DNA from: Micropepsaceae bacterium
Lineage (GTDB): Bacteria > Pseudomonadota > Alphaproteobacteria > Micropepsales > Micropepsaceae
Direction of reading: 5' to 3'
DNA: 41,062 nt
Assembly (NCBI GenBank): GCA_035577685.1
Contig: DATLVC010000061.1
Coordinates: 1-41,062, forward strand
Shown here: one piece after another, positions 1 to 8,749 of the stretch
Layout: every line of letters begins with the position of its first letter
Position numbering within the stretch: position 1 is the first letter of the stretch
Notes under the pieces: generated by a model
Told to the model about the DNA's origin: nothing
The model's database searches: none
The model's input: only the letters and a program-made list of their open reading frames with translations
Program-made: the position numbers and the translations under genes

Positions 1-366
1 CGCGCGATTCGCGACCTCATCGCCCATTGGATCGCCGCCAGCAAGGCGGGCGATCTTGAGACCGTGGCCGGGCTGATGTCCGACGACGTGGTGTTCATGG
101 TTCCGGGCGGCAAAGCCTTCGGCAAAGCGGAATTCATGGCCGCCTCGCAAGGCATGAAGGGCATGGATTTCGAAGGCGAAAGTGAAGTCCTGGAGATCGA
201 AATCATAGGAACCCGCGCCTGGTGCCGCACGCATCTGACGGTGACCGCGACCCCGCCGGGTGGAAAGCCGGTAAAGCGGTCGGGCTACACGCTGTCGATC
301 CTGCGCAAGAACGGGCACGGCAAATGGGTCATCGCCCGCGATGCCAATATGCTGGGAGGGGGATGA
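1..366 (+). CDS. NTF2-like (SnoaL/DUF4440-type) small protein, 5' end cut by window edge
   Basis: Frame 1 is open from base 1 (RAIRDLIAHWIAASKAGDLETVAGLMSDDVVFMVPGG...GKWVIARDANML), with the stop at 364-366. The N-terminal helix followed by 'DDVVF..PGG' and a C-terminal 'W.I.RD' is typical of this fold family. The M at 64 in the ORF track is internal. Confidence 0.6.
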   Translation, partial: RAIRDLIAHWIAASKAGDLETVAGLMSDDVVFMVPGGKAFGKAEFMAASQGMKGMDFEGESEVLEIEIIGTRAWCRTHLTVTATPPGGKPVKRSGYTLSILRKNGHGKWVIARDANMLGGG

Positions 367-395
367 TTCGCTCTCCCATTGGGACACCCTCAACT

Positions 396-464
396 GTCAT
401 TCCCGCGGAAGCGGGAATCCAGGATTCGTTCACATCCCTGGATGCCCGTGTTCAAGGGCATGAC
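396..464. repeat. REP/MITE-like compound palindromic element between convergent genes
   Basis: Hairpin 1 is ATTCCCGC (399-406) / GGAA / GCGGGAAT (411-418). Hairpin 2 is ATGCCC (442-447) / 8-nt loop / GGGCAT (456-461). The outer ends GTCATTCCC...GGGCATGAC are imperfect inverted repeats. The 'cattcccgcg..gcgggaatcc ... ggatgccc..gggcatgac' pattern resembles intergenic repeats common in proteobacteria, which give spurious 'IPAEAGIQ' ORFs. Confidence 0.55.
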
Positions 465-479
465 GCGCACCGTAATAGA

Positions 480-1307
480 TCAGGTCGGCTGGATGTCGCG
501 CCCGGCGGCCTCGGCGGCAGCTTCGGCCTTGGCGCGCTGACGCTCGATCAGCTTCACGCAGATGATCGACACCTCGTAGAGCCCGACCATGGGAATGGCG
601 AGCGAAAGCTGACTGAACACGTCGGGCGGCGTCACCACCGCGGCGAGCGCGACAATGCCGACAACCGCGTAACGCCGCGCGCCGGCGAGTGCCTTGCTGC
701 TGACAATGCCCACGCGTCCCAACAGCACCAAGAGCACCGGCAACTCGAAACAGAGCCCAAACGCGAAGATGAGCGTCATCACGAAGCTCAAATATTCGCC
801 GACCCTGGGAGCGAGTTGGATCGCGATGCGGCCCGGAGAGGCGGGAATTTCCTCGCTGACGAAGAACCTGATCACGCGCGGCAGCATCAGGTAATAGACG
901 AAGGCCGCGCCGAGAACGAACATCACCGGGGTTGCGAGCAGGAACGGCCAGAACGCGCGCCTTTCGTGTTTGTAAAGCCCGGGCGCAATGAACAGCCAAA
1001 GCTGCAACGCCATATAGGGAAAGGCGAGGCACAGGGCGCCGAACATGCCGATCCGCACATAGGTGAAGAACTGTTCGTACAGCGCGGTGAAGATCATCTG
1101 CCTGTTGGGCTGACCGACCAGCGCGTCCGAAATCGGCTGGGTCAGGAACACGAAGATGGGGCGCGAGAACGCGAAACAGAAAATAAAGCAGACCAGGAAC
1201 GCGATCACCGAACGGACGATGCGGTTCCGCAACTCGATCAGATGTTCGAGTAGCGGCGCTTTGCTCGATTCGAGCTCGGCTTCTTCCTCGGTGGTGGGTG
1301 AGGCCAT
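480..1307 (-). CDS. tatC: Twin-arginine translocase subunit TatC
   Basis: 275 aa and polytopic. The N-terminal 'PLLEHLIELRNRI' motif and overall pattern are typical of TatC, and the gene lies directly downstream of tatA/tatB. Confidence 0.95.
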   Translation of the reverse strand: MASPTTEEEAELESSKAPLLEHLIELRNRIVRSVIAFLVCFIFCFAFSRPIFVFLTQPISDALVGQPNRQMIFTALYEQFFTYVRIGMFGALCLAFPYMALQLWLFIAPGLYKHERRAFWPFLLATPVMFVLGAAFVYYLMLPRVIRFFVSEEIPASPGRIAIQLAPRVGEYLSFVMTLIFAFGLCFELPVLLVLLGRVGIVSSKALAGARRYAVVGIVALAAVVTPPDVFSQLSLAIPMVGLYEVSIICVKLIERQRAKAEAAAEAAGRDIQPT

Positions 1308-1417
1308 GGGTAAACTCTACAGCGTCATTGCCGGACGGGCGCGATAGGTTCCCTTCCCTTTTTCGGGGCTTCGCACGTCTGGCACGGAATGACAAAGGTA
1401 AAAACGGGGAGAACCCA

Positions 1418-1891
1418 TCAACCGGTGGTCCCGGTATGCGACGGCTCCAGTTTCGCGGGTTCTTCCGCTGATGGGGCTGGAGCAATGCCGGATGCCGCCG
1501 CTGACGGTGCGGCCTTGGGTGTTGCTTCTGCCATGGATGGCGCTGGCTCGTCGAATTTGGGAGGTGCTGCCCCCACTTCTTCGATGGTCGACTGGATGCC
1601 GAGCGGGTCCTTGGGAAATTCGATCCCCAGCGCCGCGTAATCGGCTTCGGTTATGGGCTGGGTGGCCTTTTCGGCCTGGGCCTTCATCTTGTTGACTTCG
1701 TTGCGCAGCTCGTCGAGCTCGGCCTGGCGCGCCATGTCGTCGAAGCTGCGGCGGAATTGGTCGGCCATGGCGCGGGCACGCCCAGCCCATTGGCCAATCT
1801 TGCGCATCAGCTTGGGCAGGTCCTTGGGACCTACCACCACCAACGCAACGATCAGGATTACGAGATACTCGCTGCCGTCGATGCCAAACAT
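1418..1891 (-). CDS. tatB: Twin-arginine translocase subunit TatB
   Basis: The N-terminus MFGIDGSEYLVILIVALVVVGPKDLPKLMRKIG gives a TM helix plus amphipathic helix of the TatA/B family. The long acidic/Ala-Pro tail is typical of TatB. Confidence 0.9.
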   Translation of the reverse strand: MFGIDGSEYLVILIVALVVVGPKDLPKLMRKIGQWAGRARAMADQFRRSFDDMARQAELDELRNEVNKMKAQAEKATQPITEADYAALGIEFPKDPLGIQSTIEEVGAAPPKFDEPAPSMAEATPKAAPSAAASGIAPAPSAEEPAKLEPSHTGTTG

Positions 1892-1968
1892 CTGCTTCTC
1901 TCGCTGTCAGGGCCCGCCGGAAAATCGCTTACGCAAGCGCAGGCGAGCCGTGACACGCAGAGGCTTCT

Positions 1969-2166
1969 TCAGCCCTGCTTGACCTCGTCGGGCTTCTTGG
2001 CTTCGACCGTCTCGGGCTTTTCGTTGGGGTCCTTCAGCCCTTCCTTGAAGTTCCGAATGCCATGGGCGAAGTCGCCCATCAACCCCGAAATCTTGCCCTT
2101 GCCCCCGAACAGGAGGGCAACGACTGCGATCAGGATCAGCCAATGCCAAATGCTAAAACTGCCCAT
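1969..2166 (-). CDS. tatA: Twin-arginine translocase subunit TatA
   Basis: The ORF-track ORF runs to 2235, but the internal ATG at 2166 gives [43 protein letters not shown], a canonical TatA N-terminus. It is preceded by GGGAGAG about 8 nt upstream. Confidence 0.9.
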   Translation of the reverse strand: MGSFSIWHWLILIAVVALLFGGKGKISGLMGDFAHGIRNFKEGLKDPNEKPETVEAKKPDEVKQG

Positions 2167-2268
2167 AGGCTCACTCTCCCTGTTGAGGCATGATACCGCG
2201 CACCTTGCAGGCCTTGCGCGTTTTCTTTTGCCCAACCTTAATTTTCGTGCCCTGTTTAGCCTGCCTGT

Positions 2269-3438
2269 CTACTTACGGCAAACCTCATCGCGGCAGGGGA
2301 AAACATAGGCGTCTTCCGGTTCCGCGGCGAGGTGTATGTCCGCCCCCGGCGCAAGGGCTGCATTCAGCGGCGCCGCTGCCCTGATGAAGGTGGGGACTTC
2401 AACCCCTTCGGACAAGGCATTGCTCACAATCGCCGCTTCGACTTCGAGCTGACCGGCGTAGGGCCTGACCGTCAACACACGGGCCGGCACACCTTTATCC
2501 GCCACCCGCACCGAAGATGGCCGGTATAATATCTCCGCCCAGGCCCCTTCCGCTACCGATTTCGCTGGCGTTTGACCGAAAGGTGATGCGGCCCAACCAT
2601 TTGTGACACGGGCGTGGAAGATATTGGCGCCGCCGAACAGAGCGGCGGCCTGAGGATCGGCGGGGTGAAGGAAAATTTCGGCGGGCGTGCCAATCTGAAT
2701 GATTCGCCCCGCACGCATCAGGGCGACCCGGTCTCCCACCCGCATGGCCTCGTCGGGATCATGCGTCACCATCACCACGGCGGTGCCGGCTTCCTTGAGG
2801 CGCTTGAGCGTGGCGCCGCGCACTTCGTCGCGGAGGGCCGAATCGAGGCCCGAAAAGGGCTCATCCATCAGCACGACGTCCGGTTTGGGCGCGAGCATGC
2901 GGGCCAGCGCCACACGCTGCTGCTCGCCGCCCGAAAGCGTATGCGGAAAGGCGTCTTTCAGATGGGTAAGCCCAACCCGGGCAAGTTCCTCCTCGGCACG
3001 GGCGTCACGTTCCGCACGCGGGAGTTTGGCCAGCCCGAAGGCCACATTCTGCTTGGCCGTGAGGTGCGGGAAGAGCGCATAATCCTGGAACATCAGACCG
3101 ACGCGCCGGGTCTCGGGCGGCTCGTGACGCCCCTCGCCTTCCACCAGGCGGCCACCGACGAAAACCAGCCCGGAATTTGGGCGCTCCAGCCCGGCGGCAA
3201 TGCGCAGGCTGGTGGATTTGCCGCAGCCCGAGGGACCCAGCAGGCACAGGACCTCCCCACGCTTCACATCCAGGGTGACTCCGTCCACGGCTATCCGGTT
3301 CCCGAAGCGGCGCGTCAGGGCCCGCAGGGACAGTCCGTCGAGCGGTTCGGCGATTGGTTCGGCCAGTTTCGGGAAATCCGCGCCAGCGCGGTCCTTTGCG
3401 AATGCGTCTCGACCGCTAGTTAGGCGGTATCGGGTCAT
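2269..3438 (-). CDS. ABC transporter ATP-binding protein (FbpC/PotA-like, with C-terminal TOBE-like extension); no cognate permease or binding protein adjacent
   Basis: Walker A GPSGCGKS, signature LSGGEQQR, Walker B VVLMDEP and H-loop VTHD are present. The start is taken at ATG 3438 (MTRYRL...) rather than the ORF-track maximum 3516; the start is uncertain. Confidence 0.88.
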   Translation of the reverse strand: MTRYRLTSGRDAFAKDRAGADFPKLAEPIAEPLDGLSLRALTRRFGNRIAVDGVTLDVKRGEVLCLLGPSGCGKSTSLRIAAGLERPNSGLVFVGGRLVEGEGRHEPPETRRVGLMFQDYALFPHLTAKQNVAFGLAKLPRAERDARAEEELARVGLTHLKDAFPHTLSGGEQQRVALARMLAPKPDVVLMDEPFSGLDSALRDEVRGATLKRLKEAGTAVVMVTHDPDEAMRVGDRVALMRAGRIIQIGTPAEIFLHPADPQAAALFGGANIFHARVTNGWAASPFGQTPAKSVAEGAWAEILYRPSSVRVADKGVPARVLTVRPYAGQLEVEAAIVSNALSEGVEVPTFIRAAAPLNAALAPGADIHLAAEPEDAYVFPCRDEVCRK

Positions 3439-3570
3439 GACCGCAAGGAGCGGCGGCCCCAGGGGAAACCATGTGACAATTTTGAGGCGCAACGAGATGT
3501 GAAGGACGGCGGCCAAAATCTATGATTAATATCAACTCGCGCAAGGACTTGCGCACCCAACCACACCTAA

Positions 3571-3599
3571 AGCCCCGCTGCGCAGCGGGGCTTTTTTTT
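3571..3599. terminator. Intrinsic terminator hairpin, structurally stronger in the + orientation
   Basis: AGCCCCGCTG (3571-3580) / CG / CAGCGGGGCT (3583-3592) is followed on the + strand by a T8 run (3592-3599). In the - orientation, downstream of ppx (stop at 3617), only TTT follows the stem. Confidence 0.7.
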
Positions 3600-3616
3600 G
3601 TGAGAATGCCAATGGC

Positions 3617-5131
3617 CTAGCTTACGGCGGTTTGCGGTTTGCGGCCGAAGGCTTCCGCCAGATCCGCCAGGCGTTTGTGCACTGTCTCGCCGAGAAGGGC
3701 CTTTTTCGAAGGCGGGACTTCTAGGGTCACTGCGTCCCTGCTGAGCTGCAGCTTGATTCGCGGCAATTCGCCTTCGATGGCGCCGGAAAGACCGAATGCC
3801 AGCCGCGCCGTCACCCCGATTTGTTGCGCCGCGGCCGAACCTTCGACGCCCAAGAGCCCGGCAACGCCCGTTTCCTCAGGAAAATCATTGTCGCCGGCAT
3901 AACGGTAATAGACCGCGCTCGCCATCATGGCGCGTTCGTGATGATCGGCCCCCCCATAGGCACCCCGCAGCACCTGAAGGAACGTGCCCATGGCGCGATC
4001 GTCGGGATGGCGCCGCCAGCCGATGTCGGAAAAAAGACAGGCCGCCTCGCGGATACGGCGCTCCCCCGGCGTCTCCTTGGGGAAGAGCGGCGTCATCCAG
4101 CGGAACAATTCCTGTGCATGGCCGGGCAGACGCGATTCGCGCTCGTTCACGTCGCGGGCGAAGGCGATGAGTGGGTCCTTGGCAGCTTCCTCGGGCTTGA
4201 GCTTTCGCTGCAAAATCCCTTCGCGCAGGCCGAAAGCGGAAACGACGACCTCCTTGAACCCGAAGCCATGGATCATCTCTTCCATGACGAGGGCGCCGTA
4301 CGGCAACGCCTCGGCGCGGCGCTTGGGCACCGAGGGCATCTTCTCCAGCGATTTGCGCGATAAGCCCGAAACCACACGGCAGAGCTTCACCGCGCGTCCC
4401 GCCGGAATAATGTAGTGATGCAGCACCCGAAGCGGGTAGTTGCGTTCGTCCATATCGACATGGGCAAGCGCGCGCCAAATACCGCCGACCGCATAGAGCG
4501 CGCGGCCTCGCAGGGATTTGGCGAAATCGAGTTTGTCGAGCCCTTTCTCGACCGTGTTGCGTGCCTTGTTGAGATTGGCGCCGGCGGCATCCATCAGACG
4601 CAACGGACCGAAGGGCAGCGTTCCGGCCGAGCCGGTCTTGCCGTCCTTCACCGTCACCATATCGAGACTTCCACCGCCCAAATCGGCCACCAAACCATCG
4701 GCGTCCGGGATTCCGGCGAGCGTTCCTTCGGCGGCAATGCGCGCTTCCTCTTCGCCGGACAGAATCCGGATCGGTCGCCCCAGCGCCTTCTCCGCGCGGC
4801 GGATGAATTCGCGGCCGTTGCCGGCATCGCGCGCAGCCGCGGTCGCCACCGCGCCGGTGTCGCGGACATTGTGCCCTTCGGATAGCTCGCGAAAGCGCGC
4901 CAGCGTTTCAAGCGCGAAGGCCATGCCTTCTTCATCGAGATTGCCGGTCGACACCATGTTGCGCCCGATGGCGCATATCGCTTTTTCGTTGTGGAGCGCG
5001 GCGGCGTGCCGCCAGGGGCCTTCATAGATGACCAGACGCACGGAGTTCGAACCGATATCGACCACCGCGAAGGGCTGATAGCGGCCGCCCCTGCGAATGT
5101 TCGACCGCGTCTGAACGTCAGTGAGGCTCAA
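3617..5131 (-). CDS. ppx: Exopolyphosphatase (Ppx/GppA family)
   Basis: 504 aa with the N-terminal 'AVVDIGSNSVRLVIYE' and 'DLGGGS' actin-like ATPase motifs of Ppx/GppA. It lies immediately downstream of ppk. The TTG start at 5131 is preceded by AGGAG with a 5-nt spacer. Confidence 0.92.
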   Translation of the reverse strand: MSLTDVQTRSNIRRGGRYQPFAVVDIGSNSVRLVIYEGPWRHAAALHNEKAICAIGRNMVSTGNLDEEGMAFALETLARFRELSEGHNVRDTGAVATAAARDAGNGREFIRRAEKALGRPIRILSGEEEARIAAEGTLAGIPDADGLVADLGGGSLDMVTVKDGKTGSAGTLPFGPLRLMDAAGANLNKARNTVEKGLDKLDFAKSLRGRALYAVGGIWRALAHVDMDERNYPLRVLHHYIIPAGRAVKLCRVVSGLSRKSLEKMPSVPKRRAEALPYGALVMEEMIHGFGFKEVVVSAFGLREGILQRKLKPEEAAKDPLIAFARDVNERESRLPGHAQELFRWMTPLFPKETPGERRIREAACLFSDIGWRRHPDDRAMGTFLQVLRGAYGGADHHERAMMASAVYYRYAGDNDFPEETGVAGLLGVEGSAAAQQIGVTARLAFGLSGAIEGELPRIKLQLSRDAVTLEVPPSKKALLGETVHKRLADLAEAFGRKPQTAVS

Positions 5132-5149
5132 TCGGACTCCTGCAAATGG

Positions 5150-7441
5150 TCAGGCACCGCGAATCGCGTTGGTGACGTTGGGAGGAGTATCTACTTTCAA
5201 AGCTCGCCCGCGACCCGAAAGAGACGGATTGGTCATGAAATAGGTGTGTGCAGAAAACGCGTCGGGGCGATCGAAGGCGGCCCCGCGCGCATAGGAGCCG
5301 TCCGCACGCAGAAACCAGCTCTGCGCCTGATCCTTCAGATTCGCCACCATGATCTGGGAGAGCACCTGCTGGTGCACGGTCGGGTTGTCGATCGGTACCA
5401 TCGCTTCGACGCGGCGATCGAGGTTGCGGGTCATCCAGTCGGCGGAGCTGATATAGACCTTGGCTTTCGGCGACGGCAAGCTGTGGCCCGCGCCGAAACA
5501 GACGATGCGGGAATGCTCTAGGAAGCGACCGACAATACTCTTTACACGGATATTGTCGGAAAGGCCGGCCACCCCTGGCCGCAAACAGCAGATACCGCGC
5601 ACCACGAGATCGATCTGTACACCCGCCTGACTCGCACGATAAAGGGTATCGATGACGCGGGCATCGACAAGCGCATTGAGCTTGGCCCAGATCGCGGCCG
5701 GACGGCCAGCCCGCGCATGTTCGATCTCGGCTTCTATATTGTCCATCAGCCGGTCCAGCATGGTAAGCGGCGAGATCGCGATCTTTTCGAGATGGCTCGG
5801 CTCGGCATAGCCGGTGACGTAATTGAAGAACTGCGCCGCATCGCGGCCCAAGGCCGGATCGGCAGAGAACAAAGAAAGGTCGGTATAAATCTTCGCGGTG
5901 ACGGGGTGATAATTGCCGGTGCCGAAATGCACATAGGTCCGAAGCGTGCCGCCTTCGCGCCGCACCACCAGACTCACTTTGGCATGGGTCTTGAGCTCGA
6001 TAAAGCCGTAGACGACCTGCGCGCCGGCGCGTTCGAGATCGCGCGCCCATTTGATGTTCGCCGCTTCATCGAAACGCGCCTTCAGCTCGACTAGCGCGGT
6101 GACGGACTTGCCCGCCTCGGCCGCTTCGATGAGCGCGCGCACGATGGGACTGTCTTTGCTGGTGCGGTACAGCGTCTGTTTGATAGCGACGACGTCCGGA
6201 TCCTGTGCCGCCTGCCGCAGGAACTGCACCACCACGTCGAAGCTTTCGAACGGATGGTGGACGATAAGGTCTTTGGCCTGGATGGCCGCGAAACAATCCC
6301 CACCATGATCGCGAATGCGTTCGGGGAAGCGCGAGGTGAATGGCTCGAATTGCAGATCGGGCCGTTCATCGAGGATCAGCTGCTTGGTTTCGTCGAGGCC
6401 GAGCAGCCCGTCGACGACGAAGGGTTCGCGCTGACCCATGTTCAGATGATCGGCGATGAAGCGGCGCAAATCGGGCGGCATCGACGCGCTGCATTTCAGG
6501 CGGATGACCGAACCGCGACGCCGGCGCTTCAGCAGCGTCTCATAAAGGCGGACCAGGTCTTCGGCCTCTTCCTCCAATTCGATGTCACTGTCGCGCAGGA
6601 TGCGGAAGACACCCGAGGCGACCACCGCATGGCCGGGAAAAAGCCGGTCGAGATAGAGCCCGATCAAATTTTCCAAAGGAATGAACCGGGCTTTGGAATC
6701 GCGGTCGGGTAGTCGCACGAAACGCTGCAATTGCGACGGGATCGGCAGGAGGGCCGTCAATATCTTGCCGTCCGCACGCCGCGTCAGCCGCATCGCCATG
6801 ACGAAGCCGAGATTCGGAATGAACGGGAAGGGATGCGCAGGATCGATCGCCAGCGGCGTCAGGATGGGGAAAATCTGCTGATTGAATTCCTGATCCAGCC
6901 AGTTGCGGTCTTCCAGGCCGAGGCCGTCCGCATCGACCACGACAATTCCCGAGTTAGCGAGTGCCACCCGCAGTTCCCGCCAGGTCTTCTGCTGGTCGAG
7001 GATCAGCTCAGCCGCCATTTGGTCGACGCGGGAGAGCTGCTGCGCCGGCGTCAGCCCGTCGTCGGAGAGCGTCGCCACGCCGGCATTGACCATGCCTTTC
7101 AGGCCGGCCACACGCACCATGTAGAATTCATCGAGGTTGGACGCCGAAATCGACAGAAAGCGCACGCGCTCCAAGAGCGGGTGGCGAAGGTTTTGGGCCT
7201 CTTCCAGCACGCGTCGATTGAAGGCCAGCCAGGAGAGCTCGCGATTGATGAACCGCCCGGGAGACTGGAGCGAAAGCCCAGGGATCAGGGTCGCCGCCGC
7301 CGTCGAAGCCGGCATATCGGGCGGGGCCTGCGGGCCGGTGGCCGTGATGCCGGTTCCGGACACTTCCCTGAGGGTTGGCTTGTTCATCGGAAAATTTCCG
7401 CTTTGCCCTTTGAGTGTAATGATTAATTCCGCATCTGTCAT
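5150..7441 (-). CDS. ppk: Polyphosphate kinase 1
   Basis: 763 aa with '[20 protein letters not shown]' at the N-terminal domain and two PLD-like 'H.K' regions ([14 protein letters not shown]). The start is ambiguous: ATG 7441 or ATG 7387, neither with a strong SD. Confidence 0.95.
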   Translation of the reverse strand: MTDAELIITLKGQSGNFPMNKPTLREVSGTGITATGPQAPPDMPASTAAATLIPGLSLQSPGRFINRELSWLAFNRRVLEEAQNLRHPLLERVRFLSISASNLDEFYMVRVAGLKGMVNAGVATLSDDGLTPAQQLSRVDQMAAELILDQQKTWRELRVALANSGIVVVDADGLGLEDRNWLDQEFNQQIFPILTPLAIDPAHPFPFIPNLGFVMAMRLTRRADGKILTALLPIPSQLQRFVRLPDRDSKARFIPLENLIGLYLDRLFPGHAVVASGVFRILRDSDIELEEEAEDLVRLYETLLKRRRRGSVIRLKCSASMPPDLRRFIADHLNMGQREPFVVDGLLGLDETKQLILDERPDLQFEPFTSRFPERIRDHGGDCFAAIQAKDLIVHHPFESFDVVVQFLRQAAQDPDVVAIKQTLYRTSKDSPIVRALIEAAEAGKSVTALVELKARFDEAANIKWARDLERAGAQVVYGFIELKTHAKVSLVVRREGGTLRTYVHFGTGNYHPVTAKIYTDLSLFSADPALGRDAAQFFNYVTGYAEPSHLEKIAISPLTMLDRLMDNIEAEIEHARAGRPAAIWAKLNALVDARVIDTLYRASQAGVQIDLVVRGICCLRPGVAGLSDNIRVKSIVGRFLEHSRIVCFGAGHSLPSPKAKVYISSADWMTRNLDRRVEAMVPIDNPTVHQQVLSQIMVANLKDQAQSWFLRADGSYARGAAFDRPDAFSAHTYFMTNPSLSGRGRALKVDTPPNVTNAIRGA

Positions 7442-7499
7442 GGCGGGCCGTGGCGGCTAAATTGACGCCTTTTCCATGAAGGAAATGCGAATGCCCGTT

Positions 7500-8174
7500 T
7501 CAGCCCGTGTGATTCTGGGCTTCGGATTCCAGAAGTTCCAGAACCAGCCGCTCCGTGACGGCCCGTTTTTCGGCCAGCGCTTTCTCGTCGAGGCGCGCGA
7601 CAAAGGCGGCAATCGCCGCAGGCGTGCGCTCCACCTGGGTCAGGATGCGCCTCATGACGGCGTCCGGCACGCTGAGCTGGCGGTCGGCGAAATGCTTGGC
7701 CGCAAGGCCGGAGAGCAACGCATCGTCGGGCGCCCACATCGCAAAGGCGATCAGCGACTGGAATCGCGATTTCAGATCACCGATCGCCGTTCCCCATTCG
7801 GCAGGAGGCGTGCGGGCCGTCAGGAGCAACCAGGCACCGGGCCGCTCGAACAGCGCGAGCAATATCCGGTCCCGATCTGCGTCCGGCTGATCCGAATCCA
7901 AATCTTCCACGACGAAAGCCGCGGCGCCCGATTCGTCCGACGCTAGATCACGCGCCTTGGTGATTTCAGCGTCCGCCGCCTGACGCCAAATCGCAGCGAG
8001 GTGACTCTTCCCGCACCCCGGCGGTCCGTAAAGCGCCACCGCGCGGGCAGGCCAATCGGGCCAGCGCCGGATGAATCGAAAGGCCTGCTCATTGCAGGGT
8101 GCCTGGATGAAAGTTTCGGCCGTCAGCGCCGGCTCGATCCCGAACGGAAAGACAAGCTGTCCGCTTCGTTTCAC
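7500..8174 (-). CDS. hdaA: DnaA regulatory inactivator HdaA (Hda family AAA+)
   Basis: Walker A 'LYGPPGCGKSHL' sits in a DnaA-domain-III-like body. The beta-clamp-binding-type motif QLVFPF lies 5 residues after the GTG at 8174. The open frame continues to GTG 8288 (TTG 8216 is also possible), so the start is uncertain. Confidence 0.8.
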   Translation of the reverse strand: MKRSGQLVFPFGIEPALTAETFIQAPCNEQAFRFIRRWPDWPARAVALYGPPGCGKSHLAAIWRQAADAEITKARDLASDESGAAAFVVEDLDSDQPDADRDRILLALFERPGAWLLLTARTPPAEWGTAIGDLKSRFQSLIAFAMWAPDDALLSGLAAKHFADRQLSVPDAVMRRILTQVERTPAAIAAFVARLDEKALAEKRAVTERLVLELLESEAQNHTG

Positions 8175-8372
8175 CGCAGGCGCCTGACGTAAAACGGCAC
8201 TTCCGACATGGGGCAAGTCTTCCTGCAGCCGTTCCCGAATTATTCCCGAGCCCGCTTTCTCGCATTTCCGTTTGGGTCGATTCAACACGCCCCGGCAAAG
8301 CAGCTCGGACCGCCTGCATCTCTAAAGCGGCGTCAGACCGCGAGCTATTGCGCCGGCCTTAATCCAAATCGT

Positions 8373-8540
8373 CTATCGTCTTAACCCGAAAGCGTGAATG
8401 GGTTCGATCTTGACGCGGGTGCTTTGCTTGCGGGCGAAATCGCTCAGGTTCTTGAGATATGGAGGGGTGGTTGCCCTCTGGCTCTGGTCGTTCGCCCGTA
8501 TACGCGTGAGCAGCGTCTTTACCCATTTCCAACTCTGCAT
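8373..8540 (-). CDS. Possible 55-aa basic ORF of unknown function (below the ORF-track cutoff)
   Basis: Hand translation: MQSWKWVKTLLTRIRANDQSQRATTPPYLKNLSDFARKQSTRVKIEPIHAFGLRR*. There is only a weak G-rich SD (GGGGACTGACG-ATG) and no recognisable family. Confidence 0.2.
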   Translation of the reverse strand: MQSWKWVKTLLTRIRANDQSQRATTPPYLKNLSDFARKQSTRVKIEPIHAFGLRR

Positions 8541-8582
8541 CGTCAGTCCCCGCCAGACTTTGTGCGTGCTTCCCGCCCGGTC

Positions 8583-8617
8583 GAAAAGTGACCCGGGCCT
8601 GTTTCAGGACCCGGGTC
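8583..8617 (-). terminator. Intrinsic terminator candidate downstream of the 59-aa ORF
   Basis: On the - strand, GACCCGGGTC-CTGAAACA-GGCCCGGGTC forms a 10-bp stem with one G-U pair, followed by ACTTTTCG. Confidence 0.45.
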
Positions 8618-8749
8618 GAGGGGTGAGCATTGCAAGCGCGTGTAGGAATAACATTCCGTTACGAAACCGCTCAGCATTTAACGCGCGGCTGGTTAATCTC
8701 CACGGGGCCGCAGCCGTGCCTTGAACCCCGAAACGAACCCGGATCGCCT

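Noticed and set aside
222-1253. 343-aa plus-strand ORF (and 430..1485 minus, 351 aa) overlapping tatC
   Set aside because: These are Arg/Gly/His-rich, low-complexity translations antisense to or out of frame with a clear TatC gene. They are typical long shadow ORFs of GC-rich DNA, and the first one also reads through the REP-like element.
3522-3620. 32-aa plus-strand ORF (MININSRKDLRTQPHLKPRCAAGLFFVRMPMA) in the ppx / ABC ATPase spacer
   Set aside because: It has no SD and reads straight through the terminator hairpin and T-run. It is more likely non-coding; see the sRNA candidate finding.
8395-8415. GGGTTCGATC, resembling a tRNA T-loop
   Set aside because: The flanking bases cannot form a T-stem, acceptor stem or anticodon arm on either strand. 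I found no tRNA in the window.
8355-8700. TTAA pairs checked as CtrA boxes, and TTGGATAAC at about 8979 checked as a DnaA box, near hdaA
   Set aside because: The TTAA spacings are 17 and 11 nt rather than the 7 nt of TTAA-N7-TTAA. The DnaA-like 9-mer has two mismatches. This is not convincing without a matrix scan.
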